Positions 59,951-64,000 of a DNA stretch of 64,000 nt are shown here, in pieces. Each line of letters starts with the position of its first letter. Position 1 is the stretch's first letter. Source of the stretch: Candidatus Gottesmanbacteria bacterium UBA6580 (GTDB lineage: Bacteria; Patescibacteriota; Microgenomatia; UBA10105; UBA927); contig DJJA01000003.1 in assembly GCA_002433895.1 (NCBI GenBank), positions 288,486 through 352,485 on the forward strand. The letters are read 5' to 3'. A model generated the notes under the pieces. It had not been told where the DNA came from and made no database searches. It saw only the letters and a program-made list of their open reading frames with translations. Position numbers and translations under genes: made by a program.

Positions 59951-60244
59951 ATGAAGCAGACACGTCCGGTTATCACTGAAAAATCGATGACACTCGCCCG
60001 AAACGGCTGGTATTCGTTTGCTGTGGCTGCATTTAGCCGCAAAGAAAATATTGCCAAGGAAATAAGCGACCTTTACAATGTCACGGTCAAAGAAGTGAGA
60101 ACAATCCGCAGAAAAGGAAAAATGCACCGGACAGGACGCAAAATGATTATGAAACAGCGGGCAGACTGGAAAAAAGCAATGGTCCGTCTTGCGAAGGGTC
60201 AGAAGATCGCGATATTTGATATCGGTGAAGAAACGGCAAAATAA
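59951..60244 (+). CDS. rplW: 50S ribosomal protein L23
   Basis: [14 protein letters not shown], and synteny. Confidence 0.93.
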   Translation: MKQTRPVITEKSMTLARNGWYSFAVAAFSRKENIAKEISDLYNVTVKEVRTIRRKGKMHRTGRKMIMKQRADWKKAMVRLAKGQKIAIFDIGEETAK

Positions 60245-60252
60245 TACAATTT

Positions 60253-61008
60253 ATGAAAAAAGCGTTTGTACAATCGTTAATAGAGATATTACCCAAAAAT
60301 TCCGGTAGGGATGTATTTGGTCATGTGTCCGTGCGTCATCAGGGCGGCAGACATAAGCGGATGTACCGGCATGTTGACTGGAAACGGGACAAAGACGGGG
60401 TGACAGCCAAGGTAGCAGAGATTAGCTATGATCCGAACAGATCAGCCGATGTGGCACTTTTGGTCTACCAAGATGGCGACAAACGGTATATACTTGCACC
60501 CTTGGGTCTCAAGGTAAACGATACGGTTGTTTCCGGCGCGAATATTGACGCGAAGGTCGGCAACAGTCTTCCGTTGGGAAGCATCCCAGTGGGAACGCTT
60601 ATTCACAACCTGGAAATTAAACCCGGCCGCGGTGGCCAGATGGTGCGGTCAGCAGGCAATGCGGCAGTCGTACTGGCAAAAGACGGCGAATTGATCCAGG
60701 TAAAATTACCCAGTGGTGAAACCCGGGTGTTTGATGCCCGATGTAAAGCAACTGTCGGTCAGGTCGGTAACGAAGAATGGAAAAATAGAGTCATTGGAAA
60801 AGCGGGAAGAAGCAGGCATATGGGGCGCCGCCCGGCAGTCCGGGGAGTAGCGATGAACCCGCGAAGCCATCCGCACGGCGGAGGAGAAGGTAAAAGCGGT
60901 ATTGGTATGAAATCGCCGAAGAGCCCATGGGGTAAGCGGACACTTGGTAAGAAAACAAGAAAACTGAGAAAATACAGTGATAGGTCTATCGTTGGTCGGA
61001 GGAAATAA
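60253..61008 (+). CDS. rplB: 50S ribosomal protein L2
   Basis: YDPNRSA and [16 protein letters not shown]. Confidence 0.98.
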   Translation: MKKAFVQSLIEILPKNSGRDVFGHVSVRHQGGRHKRMYRHVDWKRDKDGVTAKVAEISYDPNRSADVALLVYQDGDKRYILAPLGLKVNDTVVSGANIDAKVGNSLPLGSIPVGTLIHNLEIKPGRGGQMVRSAGNAAVVLAKDGELIQVKLPSGETRVFDARCKATVGQVGNEEWKNRVIGKAGRSRHMGRRPAVRGVAMNPRSHPHGGGEGKSGIGMKSPKSPWGKRTLGKKTRKLRKYSDRSIVGRRK

Positions 61009-61010
61009 TT

Positions 61011-61295
61011 ATGGCACGTAGCAATAAAAAAGGTCCTTATATTGATCCACGCGTCTTAGCAAAAATAAACAAGCAAAAGGCGGGCGGAGACCGTACACCG
61101 ATAAAAACATGGTCCAGGGCATGTGAAATCAGCCCTGAATTTGTCGGACACACGTTTGCAGTACATAACGGCCGGGTGTTCACGGAAGTTTTTGTAACTG
61201 AAGCAATGGTTGGTCACCGTCTTGGTGAATTTTCACCGACCCGGACGTTCCGAGGACACGGACAGGTGACAAAGCGGGTATTAGACAAGACATAA
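61011..61295 (+). CDS. rpsS: 30S ribosomal protein S19
   Basis: KTWSR and [13 protein letters not shown]. Confidence 0.98.
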   Translation: MARSNKKGPYIDPRVLAKINKQKAGGDRTPIKTWSRACEISPEFVGHTFAVHNGRVFTEVFVTEAMVGHRLGEFSPTRTFRGHGQVTKRVLDKT

Positions 61296-61302
61296 TATTT
61301 AT

Positions 61303-61653
61303 ATGGAATACACGGCGACAGCAAAATATGTGAGAACAAGTCCGCGCAAAGTGCGGCTGGTCGCCCGTGCGATTGCAGGAAAAAAAGTAGTATCGGCAAT
61401 TGCAGCATTAGGGATGATCCCGAAGCACGCGGCAGAGCCGGTGCGCAAAGTGCTTGAGTCAGCAGTTGCCAACGCAAGCCAGAAAAAAGCAGCGATTGAC
61501 ACACTGATGGTTGCCGCCATCGATGTTATGGGCGGACCGGTGCTGAAGCGATGGCACGCGGTGAGCAGAGGTTCTGCACACGGATTCAAAAAACGGATGA
61601 CACATGTGAAAGTAACGTTGAAAGAGGAGGAAGCTAAAACAGTTAACAAGTAA
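61303..61653 (+). CDS. rplV: 50S ribosomal protein L22
   Basis: RTSPRKVRLV and SAVANA. Confidence 0.95.
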   Translation: MEYTATAKYVRTSPRKVRLVARAIAGKKVVSAIAALGMIPKHAAEPVRKVLESAVANASQKKAAIDTLMVAAIDVMGGPVLKRWHAVSRGSAHGFKKRMTHVKVTLKEEEAKTVNK

Positions 61654-61680
61654 ATAGTTAATTGTTCATAGTTAAATAAT

Positions 61681-62358
61681 ATGGGACAAAAAATACATCC
61701 ATACGGATTTCGGTTAGGACCACTTTACACTTGGACATCACGGTGGTTTGCTAACGACGCGCGGTACGCAGACATACTGCTTCAGGACGTATTACTCCGT
61801 GAAGCGCTGACGAAACGCCTGAAGCCGTCAGGGTTGGCATTGGTGGAAATCGAACGGTCTATTAACAAACTGCGGGTAATACTGCACGTTTCACGTCCGG
61901 GATTGGTTATCGGCAGAGGTGGAACGGGACTCGAGGAAATCAAAAAGTTTGTGGAAATGACGCTCCGCGCTATTGCCCACAAAAGAAAATTAGGTAAAAC
62001 CGCGTTTGATCAGACAAAAACAAAAGTTGAAGTGGTGGTAGAGCCGGTCAAGGAACCGAATTTGAGCGCGCAGATTGTAGCAACAAATATCGGTGACCAG
62101 TTGGTAAAGCGCATGCCGCACAAACGGGTCTGCATGCAGACGCTCGACCGCGTCATGACGTCAGGAGCAAAAGGTGTAAAAATCAAGCTTTCAGGACGTA
62201 TTGCGGGAGCAGAAATTTCACGCCGTGAGACATATAAGACAGGCTCTATTCCGCTTTCCACGTTGCGGGAAGATGTGGAATACGCAGAAGTGCCGGCACT
62301 TACGAAATCTGGATATATCGGAGTAAAAGTGTGGATATGCAAAAAAAGTAACAATTAA
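61681..62358 (+). CDS. rpsC: 30S ribosomal protein S3
   Basis: MGQKIHPYGFRLG, SGRIAGAEI, IGVKVWI. Confidence 0.98.
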   Translation: MGQKIHPYGFRLGPLYTWTSRWFANDARYADILLQDVLLREALTKRLKPSGLALVEIERSINKLRVILHVSRPGLVIGRGGTGLEEIKKFVEMTLRAIAHKRKLGKTAFDQTKTKVEVVVEPVKEPNLSAQIVATNIGDQLVKRMPHKRVCMQTLDRVMTSGAKGVKIKLSGRIAGAEISRRETYKTGSIPLSTLREDVEYAEVPALTKSGYIGVKVWICKKSNN

Positions 62359-62403
62359 CATTTGACTGTTAACAGTTAACTGTCAGTTGTTAAACGTAAG
62401 ATT

Positions 62404-62820
62404 ATGTTAGCGCCAAAACGAGCAAAACACCGGAAAGTATTTAGAGGAAAAATGAGGGGTCTATCCTTCAAGGGTAGCGCGTTGTCTTTCGGTGAATTCG
62501 GATTGAAGGCGATGGAAGCAGGATGGGTGTCTAGCCGTCAGATAGAAGCAGCACGACGGGCACTTACCCACCATATCCGACGCGGAGGACGCGTGTGGAT
62601 ACGGATATTTCCGGACAAGCCGATTACGAAGAAACCGCCGGAAACACGTATGGGAAGCGGAAAAGGCGATGTGGCAGAATACGTGTGTGTCGTGCGTCCG
62701 GGAAGAGTGCTTTTTGAGATGGCTGGTGTCGACCGCGCATTAGCAGCAGAGGCCATGAGATTGGCAGGAATTAAATTGCCGATTAAATCGAAATTTGTGA
62801 CGAGGGAGAAGCTTGTATGA
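62404..62820 (+). CDS. rplP: 50S ribosomal protein L16
   Basis: [23 protein letters not shown]. Confidence 0.98.
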   Translation: MLAPKRAKHRKVFRGKMRGLSFKGSALSFGEFGLKAMEAGWVSSRQIEAARRALTHHIRRGGRVWIRIFPDKPITKKPPETRMGSGKGDVAEYVCVVRPGRVLFEMAGVDRALAAEAMRLAGIKLPIKSKFVTREKLV

Positions 62821-63026
62821 AAAGAAAAGATAAAGATGAAATGCACGGGATGAAATCCGCAGAGCTGGTTAAAAAAGCAGCGGAACTCAAAAAGCTTATC
62901 GCAGCTGAGCGGTTGAATATGATGACAAAAGAAGTGAAAAACAGGCATCTTGCGAAAGAATTACGCCGGAAAAGAGCCGTTGCATTGTCTATATTGCAGA
63001 TGAAAGTATTGTCTGAGACTAAATAA
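62817..63026 (+). CDS. rpmC: 50S ribosomal protein L29
   Basis: Size, basic helical composition and position between rplP and rpsQ. Confidence 0.85.
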   Translation: MKRKDKDEMHGMKSAELVKKAAELKKLIAAERLNMMTKEVKNRHLAKELRRKRAVALSILQMKVLSETK

Positions 63027-63033
63027 GGAGACT

Positions 63034-63276
63034 ATGAAAAAACAGAAAGAATTTATCGGTATTGTTATTTCGACCAGCATGACCAACACGGTTGTCGTCA
63101 GTGTCGAGCGGCTGACCCGTCATCCGATGTACCGGAAGGCAGTCAAAAGCACCAAACACTTTGTCGCCCACGTGGAAGGAATTGAATTAGCGGTCGGCGA
63201 CTGGGTACGGATCGGTGAAACCAGACCAATCAGCAAAACAAAACACTTTATAGTATTGGGTAAAACAACAAAATAA
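63034..63276 (+). CDS. rpsQ: 30S ribosomal protein S17
   Basis: HPMYRK and ETRPISKTKHF. Confidence 0.96.
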   Translation: MKKQKEFIGIVISTSMTNTVVVSVERLTRHPMYRKAVKSTKHFVAHVEGIELAVGDWVRIGETRPISKTKHFIVLGKTTK

Positions 63277-63277
63277 C

Positions 63278-63652
63278 ATGGTACAACGCAGAACACATAT
63301 TACAGTAGCAGACAACTCAGGAGCCCAGGAGCTTGTGGTAGTCCATATCTATGGCGCCTGGAAAAAGATGACGGCAACGATCGGTGATGTTGTACAGTGT
63401 GTGGTTAAAAAAGCTGATCCGTTGGGAATTGTCAAAGATGATGAGCTGGTAAGTGTTGTTATTGTACGCACAAGAAAAGAGTACCGCAGAGCGGACGGGT
63501 CATATATCCGGTTTGATGACAACGCGGGTGTCGTTATCGACAACGCTACGGACAAAAATCCGCGCGGAACCCGGGTATTCGGGCCGATAGCACGCGAACT
63601 GAAAGAAAAGGGATTCGATAAAATCGCAAGTTTAGCAGTTGAAGTATTTTAA
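63278..63652 (+). CDS. rplN: 50S ribosomal protein L14
   Basis: VADNSGA, YIRFDDNA, GTRVFGPIAREL. Confidence 0.98.
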   Translation: MVQRRTHITVADNSGAQELVVVHIYGAWKKMTATIGDVVQCVVKKADPLGIVKDDELVSVVIVRTRKEYRRADGSYIRFDDNAGVVIDNATDKNPRGTRVFGPIARELKEKGFDKIASLAVEVF

Positions 63653-63653
63653 T

Positions 63654-63959
63654 ATGAAATTCAAAAAAGGTGACACCATCGTTGTGACAATCGGCAAAGA
63701 CAAAGGCCGCAAAGGGAAAATTGAAAAAGTATTCCCGGAAAGCGCGAGCATCAAAGTAGCGGGGATAAATGTGTCAAAGCGCCATATGAAAAAGAGGGAT
63801 GAAAAAAATCCCGGTGGCATTGTAGACATCATCAAGCCCATCGATGTATCGAAAGTCGCGCTGGTGTGCCCGGCATGCAGTAAGCCGACGCGGATCGGGA
63901 TAATCGTTTCTAAGAATGAGAAGACACGGGTATGTAGGAAATGTGGAAAGAAAATATAA
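63654..63959 (+). CDS. rplX: 50S ribosomal protein L24
   Basis: KKGDT.VVT.GKDKG KOW motif. Confidence 0.96.
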   Translation: MKFKKGDTIVVTIGKDKGRKGKIEKVFPESASIKVAGINVSKRHMKKRDEKNPGGIVDIIKPIDVSKVALVCPACSKPTRIGIIVSKNEKTRVCRKCGKKI

Positions 63960-63961
63960 CT

Positions 63962-64000
63962 ATGAACCAACTACACAAAACATATAAAGAAACTTTAGTG
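63962..64000 (+). CDS. rplE: 50S ribosomal protein L5 (partial, runs off the window)
   Basis: MNQLHKTYKETLV directly after rplX; called mainly on synteny. Confidence 0.75.
   Translation, partial: MNQLHKTYKETLV

Noticed and set aside
1-64000. CRISPR array, tRNA or rRNA genes
   Set aside because: By eye I found no regularly spaced direct repeats, cloverleaf/T-loop signature or rRNA-like stretch, and the intergenic gaps are short.

Overview
A chromosomal window from a reduced-genome bacterium. Gene content and style (short AlaRS, AMP-phosphorylase-type gene, sortase, baseplate-J-like surface protein, few Shine-Dalgarno sites) suggest Patescibacteria/CPR, probably Microgenomates; this is an inference. 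The left ~38 kb holds rnj, ftsK, a minus-strand EamA/dehydrogenase/kinase cluster, alaS, a sortase-AMP phosphorylase-mltG operon, many small accessory genes, and an AT-rich type II restriction-modification island (26.5-29.6 kb). The right ~25 kb holds rpoBC, a str operon split by a ~7.4 kb accessory block between rpsG and fusA, and the S10/spc ribosomal protein genes. The main finding is a candidate new mobile element family with two copies. One is a 310-bp element encoding only a GIY-YIG nuclease (16667-16976); the other is a 138-bp non-coding relative (33231-33368). Both have related terminal inverted repeats (CCGGGTAGT...ACTACCCGG) with the same internal mismatch, and both are flanked by a duplicated TATG whose downstream copy is the start codon of a host gene. 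Other notable signals: many apparently leaderless promoters, a complete TipA-type MerR switch, dif-like sites around the RM island, and structured leaders before rpoB, fusA and rplC.
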